DNA of 59,372 nt from a virus (IMGVR_UViG_3300007510_000006:1-59372), one strand, 5' to 3'; numbered from the stretch's first letter, positions 39,819 to 49,209 are shown. The notes: generated by a model not told the origin, from the sequence alone. Made by a program: numbers and translations.

Positions 39819-40177
39819 TAGTTTCCTCCTACAGATGGAAGGACATTTACCTTGTATTGACCAACAACATCAGAAGTTTGTAGTATATTGTCGTTTACTC
39901 TAAGCTCTGCAAACAAACCATGGTGGGAACTAGTTGTGTCTGTTAGACTTAGTACGCAAGTACAAATGCCCATTGTTCCGTCCCCTACAACTTCACAGCT
40001 TGCATCCCATATGTATGTATCCGATCTAAATCCACGTTTAGCAGAAAAGTAGACGTATACATTTTCACTCAAAGTAACGGCTGTTCCATCTTGACTGATA
40101 TGAAATTCAAATCTAGGTGTAGTACCTTGGTATATATCTACTAAATCTTGGATTTTTTTATCTCTGGTGGACATCAT
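39818..40177 (-). CDS. BppU N-terminal-like adaptor protein
   Basis: IYQGTTPRFEF...VYFSAK...GICTCVLSLTDT...AELRV. Confidence 0.55.
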   Translation of the reverse strand: MMSTRDKKIQDLVDIYQGTTPRFEFHISQDGTAVTLSENVYVYFSAKRGFRSDTYIWDASCEVVGDGTMGICTCVLSLTDTTSSHHGLFAELRVNDNILQTSDVVGQYKVNVLPSVGGN

Positions 40178-40188
40178 CTCTCCATAGG

Positions 40189-41961
40189 TTAGTCTATATA
40201 TACCTCGACATGGTATGTCTTCATATATATATACGCCTTATAGGACCAATATGTAACATTTGAATTGATAACTTTTTGTGAAAAAAGAGGTTTCGAGGCT
40301 ACTGGGTCAGTTATTTGCACATATATTTTGTCGTAGTATAGATATGCTAGTACTTCACCTGCGGTAACATAAGTACTATAACTGCCTGTTGAATCATAGG
40401 TTGCACCAATCGAAGCGCTGTAAGAACCTGTTGTATCCCATGCTCCCTCTATAAATAAGAAGGCACTATAAGATGCTGTGGTATCGAACGCACCGATCAC
40501 CAACATGGAGTATGATCCAGTCGAATCGCTTGATTGGAAAATACTGCCGCTATAAGATCCTGTCGAATCGGATTCTAGTAGTAATGATCCTGAATATGAT
40601 CCAGTACTATCTATATCGGAATAAAAGATGGCACCGCTGTAGCTTGCCGTTGTATCTCGATTAGGTGCAATTAAGACGCCAGAGTAAGATCCAGTAGTAT
40701 CGAAGCGCCGGAGGATATTGCCACTATACGATCCGGTAGTATCAGTTGGTTTGCGAATAGAAGCCGAATAGGTGGCTGTGGAGTCGGATGTCTTGAATAT
40801 TGACCCTGACCAAGAGGCAGTCGAATCGTAGATAGAAAGAGTGCTGGCGCTATAAGATCCGGTAGAGTCAATAACACCTGTAAGGCTTGTCGAATAAGAG
40901 CCGGTAGAGTCGTATCTCTCTAGAATACTTCCTGAATAAGACCCGGTAGAATCATAAGCAGCTAAAACATCGGCAGAATACGACCCAGTGGAGTCTGTTT
41001 CTGCCGGAAAATTATACTTATTTATGAGATAGTCAAGAACTAATTGACTTTCATCGTAAGTTAGTTCCCCGTCATAGGTTAAGATCTCCGCTATATAGCC
41101 AGAGAAATCGGAATTTGTAATATTTCCGGCTTTACCAATAGTTGTTTTTGTTACTGTATTATCCGAAACAGATATTGTCTGCGGGAAGCTACCTACATTC
41201 CAAGCCGTGCTATCTCTGTGTACCTTTAAAGCAGTATTTGCATTATAGTAACCGGTTACGAATGTCCAAGTATCTGTGGGGCAGGTATATTCAATACTTT
41301 CTATACCAGAATCATAAATCCAGAAGTCACTTACACTTAATCCCCACTCATCTCCGAATGTCTTAAGTGACTCCGAAATAATAGCTTCCGATGCTCCGCC
41401 ACCAGAATCTTGCTTAAATACAGCAAAGATCGTTATTCCGTAATTCCACAAGGCGACGCAAGTAGAATCTAATCTAGACGACCCGTTCAAATAGATCGCC
41501 GGTAAGCCATTAATTATGTTTTCTTTAAATGTCGGAGAGCCTACTCCGAAGAAATCCGCCTGCAATCCTAGTGCGTCAGGCCACCACTCCACGGAGTCAT
41601 CATCGACATACGTCCCAGTAAGATGGTCGGCGGCTAACCATAAACTAGCTCGGTCAAGGAAGTCTCTTGCGGTATTTATATCATTTGGATGGAATGTAGT
41701 TGGGGCGGCTGACCATGTTCCTGTGCTATCGGATGTTTTGAAAAGAGATCCGGAATAACTACCAGTGGAATCGGTAAGTTTTAATACCGAACCTGAATAC
41801 GATCCAGTGGTATCTGTCTCCACGATACCTGAAGGGCGGGGAAAGGATCCCTGTAGATAGATAGGGAACCCTTCCTGCCAATCAGCCGGACTAGCAGCAG
41901 ATGTTGTGGAGTCGCTGCGAAGGCGGAGAAAGCCTTTATAAAAGCCGCCCTGAAAAGACAT
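40189..41961 (-). CDS. Repetitive virion fibre-like protein with LamG/concanavalin-like domain
   Basis: 18 copies of D[ST]T[GA][ST][YW]S; central LWLAAD...NIINGLPAIYLNG...FSGYIAEILTYDGELT...YLINKY. Confidence 0.65.
   Translation of the reverse strand: MSFQGGFYKGFLRLRSDSTTSAASPADWQEGFPIYLQGSFPRPSGIVETDTTGSYSGSVLKLTDSTGSYSGSLFKTSDSTGTWSAAPTTFHPNDINTARDFLDRASLWLAADHLTGTYVDDDSVEWWPDALGLQADFFGVGSPTFKENIINGLPAIYLNGSSRLDSTCVALWNYGITIFAVFKQDSGGGASEAIISESLKTFGDEWGLSVSDFWIYDSGIESIEYTCPTDTWTFVTGYYNANTALKVHRDSTAWNVGSFPQTISVSDNTVTKTTIGKAGNITNSDFSGYIAEILTYDGELTYDESQLVLDYLINKYNFPAETDSTGSYSADVLAAYDSTGSYSGSILERYDSTGSYSTSLTGVIDSTGSYSASTLSIYDSTASWSGSIFKTSDSTATYSASIRKPTDTTGSYSGNILRRFDTTGSYSGVLIAPNRDTTASYSGAIFYSDIDSTGSYSGSLLLESDSTGSYSGSIFQSSDSTGSYSMLVIGAFDTTASYSAFLFIEGAWDTTGSYSASIGATYDSTGSYSTYVTAGEVLAYLYYDKIYVQITDPVASKPLFSQKVINSNVTYWSYKAYIYMKTYHVEVYID
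40375..40995 (-). repeat. 15 tandem ~42-nt coding repeats (DSTGSYS plus 7-9 variable residues)
   Basis: Visible in translation; synonymous codons vary between copies. Confidence 0.9.
41710..41814 (-). repeat. Three more DSTGSYS-type repeats, N-terminal to the LamG-like domain
   Basis: DTTGSYSGSVLKLT-DSTGSYSGSLFKTS-DSTGTWS. Confidence 0.85.
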
Positions 41962-41982
41962 GCAAACCTCTTTTTAAAGGAG

Positions 41983-43425
41983 TTATTCTATGCGTGTTAC
42001 ATCAAGATAATTATCTAAATATAAAAAGGCCGTATTGCTATAATATTCCTTTACCCATACTTTCGCCTTTGCCTGCCCGGTCCGTGAAGGCGTGAAAGTA
42101 ACTGTAAGAGGTGTCCATGTGCTGTCATTGGCCAGATCCTCGGAGCTAGCTTCAAACGCTGTGGTCACTATGTCTTCACCTGTTTCTCCTGATAAATACT
42201 CAACTTCTGCGTATAACGTTCCTCCTGTTCCACCTAGGCTGTCATTGTTTCCCCATCCTCCATCTGCCTTAACGTAAACTGTGGCCACATACCCTGTTGA
42301 GGCATCTGCTTGTTCCGGAATAGTGAAGTTCCACTTGGCTAGACACAAAGAATAGGTCGTGTCATTAAAATACGAGGGATAGTTAGAACTATTATTGTAC
42401 TGATAAGATCTGAATTTTATGAACGAATCGCCACCCTCCACACGTAAATCATCTGTAGTTGTGCTGTCATACAGGATTACCCAGCGGCCCCCTGCTCTAC
42501 CGAATGGGCCAGGAATACCATTAATATCCTCTAAATAGCAATGAGGTACTAATGGGTCGTGGTAGGTTCCCCATTTAGATTCCGAATCAGGGGCGTCATC
42601 TGCAAGGATAGTTCCTAGTCCAACTGTCGAATAGAGGTCCAGAAGACCGTTTGTAGTGTGTCTCATATGGCATCTAGAGAATGAGCAATCGGCAGGCATC
42701 AACCCTTGAACACCATTCCAATCCATTAATCCATAGCCAGTCCATTCTATTGTCGAATCAAAGAATTTAAAGTCCGATAAAGATACGTTATGTGTTGCTA
42801 TTCTGTTGTTATTCTGGAATATGCATCCATAAAAAAACCATTTTTTAGAATCAAAAACAGTTCGTACTGGGGGATACGATGCATTAGTAAAATTAGATAG
42901 TGTGCAACCATGAAATTCTATTCTAGAGGCATCCCCGTATTCGGAATAAAAAGCATTTCTAGTGATCTTATTAGAATCCGATGAACCAGTACCTTGGAAA
43001 TTACAGTTATGGAATCTAGTTATTACTCCAGGTCTGAACCTAAATAACCCATATCCAGAAAAGAAGTGTATATTATGAAAAGAATAAGCATACTCAGTAT
43101 AATTCGTAATTCGTAACGAATAAGAACCTGTATTGCTATTGCCAACAACAACTGTGGTGGTGTCACTTGCCCATTCTGTAATACCGTAATTACCGTCATC
43201 TCCGACTATGCTGGTTGTGGCCCAAGGAGGGCAGTCTCCTGTTATGGAGTTGAACAGATCATTTAGCACGGTAATATACGCAGTATCGCATCTTCTTAAA
43301 TATATTGTACTACCAGCAGCCATTGTAGTGGAATTAAGTTTACTCCAAGTTGCCCAAGCATTTGGAGCACTTAAACCATCATTAGCATCACTTCCATGGT
43401 CGGCATCTACGTAATATGTAGCCAT
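41983..43425 (-). CDS. Beta-helix (pectin lyase-like) virion protein
   Basis: TYYVDADHGSDANDGLS..AWAT...AGSTIYLR start motif; FHNC/FHGC/FYGC rungs. Confidence 0.65.
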   Translation of the reverse strand: MATYYVDADHGSDANDGLSAPNAWATWSKLNSTTMAAGSTIYLRRCDTAYITVLNDLFNSITGDCPPWATTSIVGDDGNYGITEWASDTTTVVVGNSNTGSYSLRITNYTEYAYSFHNIHFFSGYGLFRFRPGVITRFHNCNFQGTGSSDSNKITRNAFYSEYGDASRIEFHGCTLSNFTNASYPPVRTVFDSKKWFFYGCIFQNNNRIATHNVSLSDFKFFDSTIEWTGYGLMDWNGVQGLMPADCSFSRCHMRHTTNGLLDLYSTVGLGTILADDAPDSESKWGTYHDPLVPHCYLEDINGIPGPFGRAGGRWVILYDSTTTDDLRVEGGDSFIKFRSYQYNNSSNYPSYFNDTTYSLCLAKWNFTIPEQADASTGYVATVYVKADGGWGNNDSLGGTGGTLYAEVEYLSGETGEDIVTTAFEASSEDLANDSTWTPLTVTFTPSRTGQAKAKVWVKEYYSNTAFLYLDNYLDVTRIE

Positions 43426-43448
43426 TATAACCTCTTGTTAGCTAACAC

Positions 43449-43775
43449 TTAAAGTTCGTGATTTGTCGAAATCACAACATCTCCGTCAGAATATACATAA
43501 ACGGAAAGAAGTTTCTCTCCATCCTTTTCTTTTCCAAGAACATATACTGTGGAAACATTAGAGCTTCCTACTGGAGCGGAGCGTCTCCAAAATCTGAAAA
43601 ATCGTTCCCCATTTTCGAGATCTATATCCAAAGAAACTGACTGAGAATCCTTACCTAATGTAGAATACTCAACTCGTACAACGTCCTCTGCCGGAACATC
43701 GGCAGAGGACTTGTACTGATCTGTTCCCTCGTTAATTATTGACCCATCTTTGGTATAAAGTCTCCACAAGTACAT
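43449..43775 (-). CDS. Hypothetical protein
   Basis: 108 aa with GGAGG SD. Confidence 0.55.
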   Translation of the reverse strand: MYLWRLYTKDGSIINEGTDQYKSSADVPAEDVVRVEYSTLGKDSQSVSLDIDLENGERFFRFWRRSAPVGSSNVSTVYVLGKEKDGEKLLSVYVYSDGDVVISTNHEL

Positions 43776-43805
43776 TTAGTCCTCCATCATTGGCTTAAGT
43801 CCTGT

Positions 43806-43830
43806 CGGATCCATCCCAAGGATGAATCCG
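43806..43830 (-). promoter_or_regulatory. Intergenic stem-loop
   Basis: CGGATTCATCC-TTG-GGATGGATCCG, 11 bp with one G-U; no U-tract. Confidence 0.45.
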
Positions 43831-43844
43831 GGTTGTTGGTTTTA

Positions 43845-44378
43845 TTATTGTTCGTCGTACCTGTAACTCCATACTTGAGGACCAACTACACCTGCCGTTG
43901 CACTAGCGCTCACCATAGCTTGAACCATAACAAAATCCTGAGTTCCATAGCCGGTGCTTGGGTTTGATAGAACCGTTCCTGAGTTAACCACCAGAGGTGA
44001 TGCTTTTGTATAGCTTACCGCGAGCCAGTGCGCGGTTGTGTCTCCAGTAGAATCAGCACTCACATTTTCCTGATATGTGTCAGTCTGATCTGCTAGTAAA
44101 ACTACTTGGGCATCAAGATTGTTCCCATCGGTGAAAAAACGTAAGTTGGAGATGCTGCTCGAAGGTGTTGTGGTAAAGTTTACTTTGAAATATTTTCTGA
44201 AAGAGTAGGTGTATGCTATGAGGGCATCGACCTGTTCTTGTGTCGGCACTCTGAGGGGAGCATTCAAATCAACAGTGTCGTTATCTGCTAATTTAAATCG
44301 CACTTCTCCGTTATTGATATTAGTACCGGAACCAGCCCCAGCGCCATGCCATGAATGAATTTGAACTGTTGCGGCCAT
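43845..44378 (-). CDS. Putative virion structural protein
   Basis: Beta-rich 177 aa; YSFRKY...ISNLRFF...YRYDEQ; followed by a stem-loop like the capsid and tube genes. Confidence 0.5.
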   Translation of the reverse strand: MAATVQIHSWHGAGAGSGTNINNGEVRFKLADNDTVDLNAPLRVPTQEQVDALIAYTYSFRKYFKVNFTTTPSSSISNLRFFTDGNNLDAQVVLLADQTDTYQENVSADSTGDTTAHWLAVSYTKASPLVVNSGTVLSNPSTGYGTQDFVMVQAMVSASATAGVVGPQVWSYRYDEQ

Positions 44379-44396
44379 TATTAAACCTCGCTTTTA

Positions 44397-46244
44397 TTAA
44401 CGTCTTCGTCTAACGACGATTGGCCTCATTACTGAAAGTAAGCCGAGATTGCCTCTGGAGGTATCATCATCCGGCCTGACTTTTAATAAAAGGCCATGGA
44501 ATGCGTATAGTAAGGCGGAAAAAAGATCCTTGTACCCACGTTCAAGTGATTCGTCGGCTGATTTTCTTTCCGGCATATAAAATTTTAAACCTTGCCCGAT
44601 TGGTTTGGCCTTGATCTTTCGAAGCTGGCCTCGTAACGCTTGGATATCGCGATGCACTCTCTCTAGTTCTTGGTCACCTTGAATTGGAAAAGGCTTAGGG
44701 AGTAAAAAAGTTTTCTTCTGGAAGGCTGCCCGTAATCGAGTAGCGGTGTTTGTATTTAATTCAACAGTAGGATTGACCATGTTAAGAATAGGGATTCCGT
44801 TGCCAGATTCTGCTAGTTGCCTTTGGTTCTCATCAAATTCTGGATCTACTATAGGTATAGCTCCTGGTAACTTTGTCAGATCTGGATCAACGAGTTCATC
44901 CATAATACTTACTCCGTTACCTTTCTTATCGATATACACGGCTTCAACAGAAAACTGGTCAATTAGCCTGCGAATTAACATGGCCTGTTCTTTTATGGGC
45001 ATTTGCTTCTCAGTGCGTGCGTAGATTATATGATTAAACGGATCCCCATGAAGTTCGCCGGGTCGAATTATAACTATTGCTGTTTTATCGCTCTCTCTGG
45101 CAGGGTCAACTCCCATGATAGTCGCTTGGTCGCATTCTAATATAGGCTCTAAGAATGCAGCGAAATCTTTTTTCGATCCACCGAGTAGCGAAAGCTCTTC
45201 AGGAAACTTGTACTTGGAATTAGGATCATTTTGATCTGTAAATTCCATATTTGAAACTTCATTTATTAACTGGTACGGAAAGAATCTATCCCCAAGCTTT
45301 AGAGGACGATTCTTATTTTCAGCAAACCAGTCTTCGGAATCTACGGTATCGGATTCCTTGTCTTTAATTATCTCAGATAAGTTTATACGATAAAAGAATT
45401 TAACCTTATTCTGTTTTATTAGCTTATCGACATTCGAACTATTGATAGTTATACTCTCTGTGCTATCTAAATAGAACGTATCCTCAAAATTAAATTCTAT
45501 TATTGTATAATCATCGTCAAAGAGATCTGAATCAGGATCCATCTTCTCTTGATATTCATTTATCAAGGAAGAGTAGTAGTCATCCGAATATCCAATCGTT
45601 CCCGAGTACGTAAACCTATTAACGAGAGAGGTGTCTGCGTCTCCAATTGGGTTCTGTAGTACATTGGACATTGGTTTAATTACCTTATTGATTGCCCGAT
45701 CTGAGAAGTCTTTTACCTCGTCAAGCTTCGTGTAATTAGAACGAAGACCGCGTACCGTATCTCCTGTTTGCCCTATCGGACCAGTGAAGATCTGGGAACC
45801 ATTAGAGAATCTGATTCTCCAGAGGTCAGTGCCGCGAGTAATTACTTTTGCTTTATCAACGCAGGAGTTCAGGGCGAACAATGCTGTCTTGTCCTGTACT
45901 CCCATTTGACATCTTACGATAGGCTCTATACCAGCATCTTCAAAAGTATATCGTCCCTGTCTGAATCTAGGACCCAGAATTAGTATCTTAATTCCTGGAA
46001 TAAGTAGTGCGGCAAGTATTGACATGATAGCGTCGAGAGTGGTTTTCATCATTCCTCTAGAGAGCAGCTTGATAACATGGTGATTGTTCCACTCTTCTCT
46101 TATAGCAATCCGTACATGCGGAGCGTCAATAGGTAATCCCAGAATATCTCTTACAGCTAATACCGGATGGTTTATGTAAAACCATATCACCTTATAAAGC
46201 TGTTCTTTTTCTTCTTCCGTAAGTCGTACAGGAGCATTACTCAT
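44397..46244 (-). CDS. terL: Terminase large subunit
   Basis: Walker A variant SRGMMKT; RGLRSNYTKLDE Walker B; nuclease MGVDPARESD...KDLFSALLYA. Confidence 0.88.
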   Translation of the reverse strand: MSNAPVRLTEEEKEQLYKVIWFYINHPVLAVRDILGLPIDAPHVRIAIREEWNNHHVIKLLSRGMMKTTLDAIMSILAALLIPGIKILILGPRFRQGRYTFEDAGIEPIVRCQMGVQDKTALFALNSCVDKAKVITRGTDLWRIRFSNGSQIFTGPIGQTGDTVRGLRSNYTKLDEVKDFSDRAINKVIKPMSNVLQNPIGDADTSLVNRFTYSGTIGYSDDYYSSLINEYQEKMDPDSDLFDDDYTIIEFNFEDTFYLDSTESITINSSNVDKLIKQNKVKFFYRINLSEIIKDKESDTVDSEDWFAENKNRPLKLGDRFFPYQLINEVSNMEFTDQNDPNSKYKFPEELSLLGGSKKDFAAFLEPILECDQATIMGVDPARESDKTAIVIIRPGELHGDPFNHIIYARTEKQMPIKEQAMLIRRLIDQFSVEAVYIDKKGNGVSIMDELVDPDLTKLPGAIPIVDPEFDENQRQLAESGNGIPILNMVNPTVELNTNTATRLRAAFQKKTFLLPKPFPIQGDQELERVHRDIQALRGQLRKIKAKPIGQGLKFYMPERKSADESLERGYKDLFSALLYAFHGLLLKVRPDDDTSRGNLGLLSVMRPIVVRRRR

Positions 46245-46254
46245 AGGCTATCCT

Positions 46255-47151
46255 CTACTCTGGCGGTGTTCGTTTTAATATCTTATATGCCTCAGAAACG
46301 GGAACGCCGCCGCTGGATCTCATGAATGCTGCTGACGTAATCTCTCTGTTGCCCATCTCGTCAAATCTTTCGTATTTACGAATAAGCATCTCAAGTTCTT
46401 CTTTTAACCACTTCTCCTGTAGGTGAGGGTTTTCTTCCATGGCTCTTCGTCCTCTAGCAATGAAGTCCGCAACTGATCCATGAATATTCTGATCTTTTTC
46501 TTGATTTCTTTGCAGGGCTGTAATGCCTAGTTCTTTTTGGAGATTACGAATAGAATCGGTTATATGCTTTAACGATTGTGCGCTTCTCGCTGCCGCGTTC
46601 CCGTCAACCTTGAGCATCTCCTCTTCGTACCTTCTGGCGATAACTTCATGGTAAAGAAGGCGGTCTAAAAGAACTAGATCCGCCTTGCTTTTGAAATTAA
46701 ACTCTTTTATGTATTGCTTTCTGCTTCTGTGCAGTTCACCTAATTCACCTTCAGTCAAGGCTGATATGTCTTTTGTTTTTCTGTCGCCTTGTCTCTTTTT
46801 CGTTGGGAGGTTCTGGGGATCTTTGGATGTCGTCGGAAGATTCATATACTGCTTAAAACCTCTTCCACAAAGAACAGTTATCCGCTTGAATAGTGTTGCT
46901 TTGGGATCATCTCTCGGGAGACCTGGAGCATTAAACCACTCGCTATACTTATCGGTTCGTTCATCATATTTCTTGGCATCGATGGCGCAGGCAATAATAC
47001 GGTTGGCTTTCTGGAGGGGTGTATTATCTCCGCGCCACTCTAAAAACCCTTGGACGATTGCTCGTATTTGCTGAACTTCTTCTTCGGCTAGTCCCTCTAT
47101 GGGGAGGGAGCGTCTTTGTCCTGGATTTAATTTAGTTTTGGATTTTGGCAT
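46255..47151 (-). CDS. Terminase small subunit (putative)
   Basis: Directly upstream of terL; IRNLQKELGITALQR motif. Confidence 0.5.
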   Translation of the reverse strand: MPKSKTKLNPGQRRSLPIEGLAEEEVQQIRAIVQGFLEWRGDNTPLQKANRIIACAIDAKKYDERTDKYSEWFNAPGLPRDDPKATLFKRITVLCGRGFKQYMNLPTTSKDPQNLPTKKRQGDRKTKDISALTEGELGELHRSRKQYIKEFNFKSKADLVLLDRLLYHEVIARRYEEEMLKVDGNAAARSAQSLKHITDSIRNLQKELGITALQRNQEKDQNIHGSVADFIARGRRAMEENPHLQEKWLKEELEMLIRKYERFDEMGNREITSAAFMRSSGGVPVSEAYKILKRTPPE

Positions 47152-47159
47152 TTCCTCTC

Positions 47160-47729
47160 CTACAGTAATAAAGTAGTGCTGGTGCTATCCTGTTCCTCCA
47201 TAAATCGTCTCATTTTTTTTCTAGTTCGTGTAGCACTAGCTCTAATCAAGTATGGCTTGTATCCACCCATAATATCTCCAATATCTGAATAATAAAAACC
47301 TTCATAAGTTAGAAGAAATATTGTGTGGTCTCGTTCCGAGAGGATAGTCTCCGCAAACTTAAACAGCTTGTCAATGTCAATTTTGGTATCAGCATTATAA
47401 GATAACTTATTAGTATACCTAGAATTATTCGAAGCAACTTCTGTTATTGGAGTATGCTTCTTCCAAAAATTAAACGACTTGTCTCGCCGAATAAAATCTA
47501 CGGCCCTCCACCAGAGCTTGTTAACTAGATGCTGGAAGGTTAGGGTGCGGTGCGGATTTGTCATTGACTCAAAAGCATATAAATATAGGTTCTGTTGGCA
47601 ATCTGGTTTATGGCTTTCGTGCCCTCTTAGTAAAGCACCCGTAATGCCCTCAACGAATGGTTTTATGTCTGAAACTAGTAGATCTCCATCCTCGTATATC
47701 TCCGTAGAATCTTCTTTATATATCATCAA
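47160..47729 (-). CDS. Sigma70/ECF-like RNA polymerase sigma factor
   Basis: Region 2-like DCQQNLYL...RAVDFIRR; region 4-like LSERDHTIFLLTYEGFYYSDIGDIMG. Confidence 0.65.
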   Translation of the reverse strand: MMIYKEDSTEIYEDGDLLVSDIKPFVEGITGALLRGHESHKPDCQQNLYLYAFESMTNPHRTLTFQHLVNKLWWRAVDFIRRDKSFNFWKKHTPITEVASNNSRYTNKLSYNADTKIDIDKLFKFAETILSERDHTIFLLTYEGFYYSDIGDIMGGYKPYLIRASATRTRKKMRRFMEEQDSTSTTLLL

Positions 47730-48165
47730 AGTCTCCTATTTCCTCATAGAGACTCTCTTTAGAGATAGGGGCGTTGTACGGAATACGAACTAGTTTGCAC
47801 TCCATTTCTTTTGCCATACGTAGTTTAAGAGAATCCCTGTGCTTCTGCTCCTCAAAATTATCTAGCGCTTGTTCGTAACCTATCCCACCAAATTGAACAG
47901 GTTTGAAATGTTGCTCTCCATCCACTTCTATAATGATATCGAAATCAGGTAACACGAAATCGGCCTTTAGCCTCGTTAAAGATAAAAGATAAGGTTCTCT
48001 GTGCTTCTCTTTAACATTATTTCGCTTGTAATATCGTTTTAATAGCCTCGTATAGGGATATTCAACATACATTCTTGCGAAGGGAAACATTTCTTTTAGT
48101 AAATCACGAACCTCTTCTGCTCTTTTACTGAAGTTATATTCAGTTCTGAATCGTCTATTCCTCAT
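47716..48165 (-). CDS. PD-(D/E)xK endonuclease (DUF559/Vsr-like)
   Basis: ADFVLPDFDIIIEVDGEQH...RDSLK...LVRIPY. Confidence 0.8.
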   Translation of the reverse strand: MRNRRFRTEYNFSKRAEEVRDLLKEMFPFARMYVEYPYTRLLKRYYKRNNVKEKHREPYLLSLTRLKADFVLPDFDIIIEVDGEQHFKPVQFGGIGYEQALDNFEEQKHRDSLKLRMAKEMECKLVRIPYNAPISKESLYEEIGDFDDI

Positions 48166-48397
48166 TGAGTAGTAGATCCGCTGAATAAGATTCGATAGTA
48201 ACTTTATTTTCTAACCCAGTACCAAACTCCTGTTTAAGTCTGTGGTCTAGTAAACTTAGTAACATAAATACCTGTTCATCTTGTTCTCCGTAGACGGGTA
48301 CTGCGTTACTCAGAATATCCTTCAGTTCCTTTGTACTCACTCTCTCCGGGAATATCAATGCTGTTCTCATTTTGTTCGCTAGAACTCGCTTGTTCAT
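48155..48397 (-). CDS. Hypothetical protein
   Basis: Start refined to MNKRV with AAGGAG SD. Confidence 0.5.
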   Translation of the reverse strand: MNKRVLANKMRTALIFPERVSTKELKDILSNAVPVYGEQDEQVFMLLSLLDHRLKQEFGTGLENKVTIESYSADLLLNEE

Positions 48398-48731
48398 TTT
48401 TATCTCCTTCATCATCCCACTGGAGTCCAAAAGAAGCGGCCCTGTTTTTTAGTGCGCTCAAAATGTACTCTCTGCTAACAACCTTTTGTTGCATGACGTC
48501 CATAAAGATGCTGCGCTCTAGGGCTGCGACACGTAATGCCTGATCAAACTGAGCTAACTGGCCATGAATCTGAATGATTGCTTCTCGTAGCTGCTCATTC
48601 TGAGACTTTTTTTCGAGTTGCTTTTTTGTCGGCTGCGGTGCCTGTCTTGACCCTTGTGGACTTCCCTTTGCTCTTATCTGTTGTGCTGCCATCGGATTTC
48701 CCTTTTTGCTTCGTCCCTGCTTTTTTCCCAT
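48306..48731 (-). CDS. Hypothetical protein (basic N-terminus, coiled coil)
   Basis: Start refined to MGKKQ with AAAGGA SD. Confidence 0.5.
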   Translation of the reverse strand: MGKKQGRSKKGNPMAAQQIRAKGSPQGSRQAPQPTKKQLEKKSQNEQLREAIIQIHGQLAQFDQALRVAALERSIFMDVMQQKVVSREYILSALKNRAASFGLQWDDEGDKNEQASSSEQNENSIDIPGESEYKGTEGYSE

Positions 48732-49209
48732 TTTGTTTCCTTTCAAATCGAGAAGTGAAAACAAAGTCAATATGTTTTCGTGTATTCTCAATGTTTTCAT
48801 TTGTTATTTTGATAAACCTATCTAACTCTTTTGAGAAATCCTCATCACTGAATTCCTCCATCTCATAAAGCTTTTTACATAAAGCATCGGAATATACCTG
48901 AGCATATCTCTCGTATTTGCTCATAATGATTCCTATTGTAGCCTCTAGATTATCCTTTATATCAATAACAGTAGCGAATGATTTAAAGCACGAATCAACA
49001 GATTGCTCCAAAAGCTCAAATACATCCTGGGTTCGTCTGTGAAATGATTGCGGAACAACTCCGTCAATTGTATCTCTGTAAGTGTTTTGGAAGTTTTTAG
49101 CTATCGCACCAAAAGATTCAATTACATATCCTTTAATATATTTATTAATTGACAATTTCGATAATGATCTAATGTATCTGTCCCGGCCATCGAATTTTAT
49201 TTTAGCCAT
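48595..49209 (-). CDS. Hypothetical protein
   Basis: 204 aa with AAAGGA SD; Lys-rich tail. Confidence 0.55.
   Translation of the reverse strand: MAKIKFDGRDRYIRSLSKLSINKYIKGYVIESFGAIAKNFQNTYRDTIDGVVPQSFHRRTQDVFELLEQSVDSCFKSFATVIDIKDNLEATIGIIMSKYERYAQVYSDALCKKLYEMEEFSDEDFSKELDRFIKITNENIENTRKHIDFVFTSRFERKQNGKKAGTKQKGKSDGSTTDKSKGKSTRVKTGTAADKKATRKKVSE

Noticed and set aside
40375-40995. CRISPR array or DGR template/variable repeat
   Set aside because: Repeats are conserved as amino acids with synonymous variation inside an ORF; no cas or reverse transcriptase gene in the window
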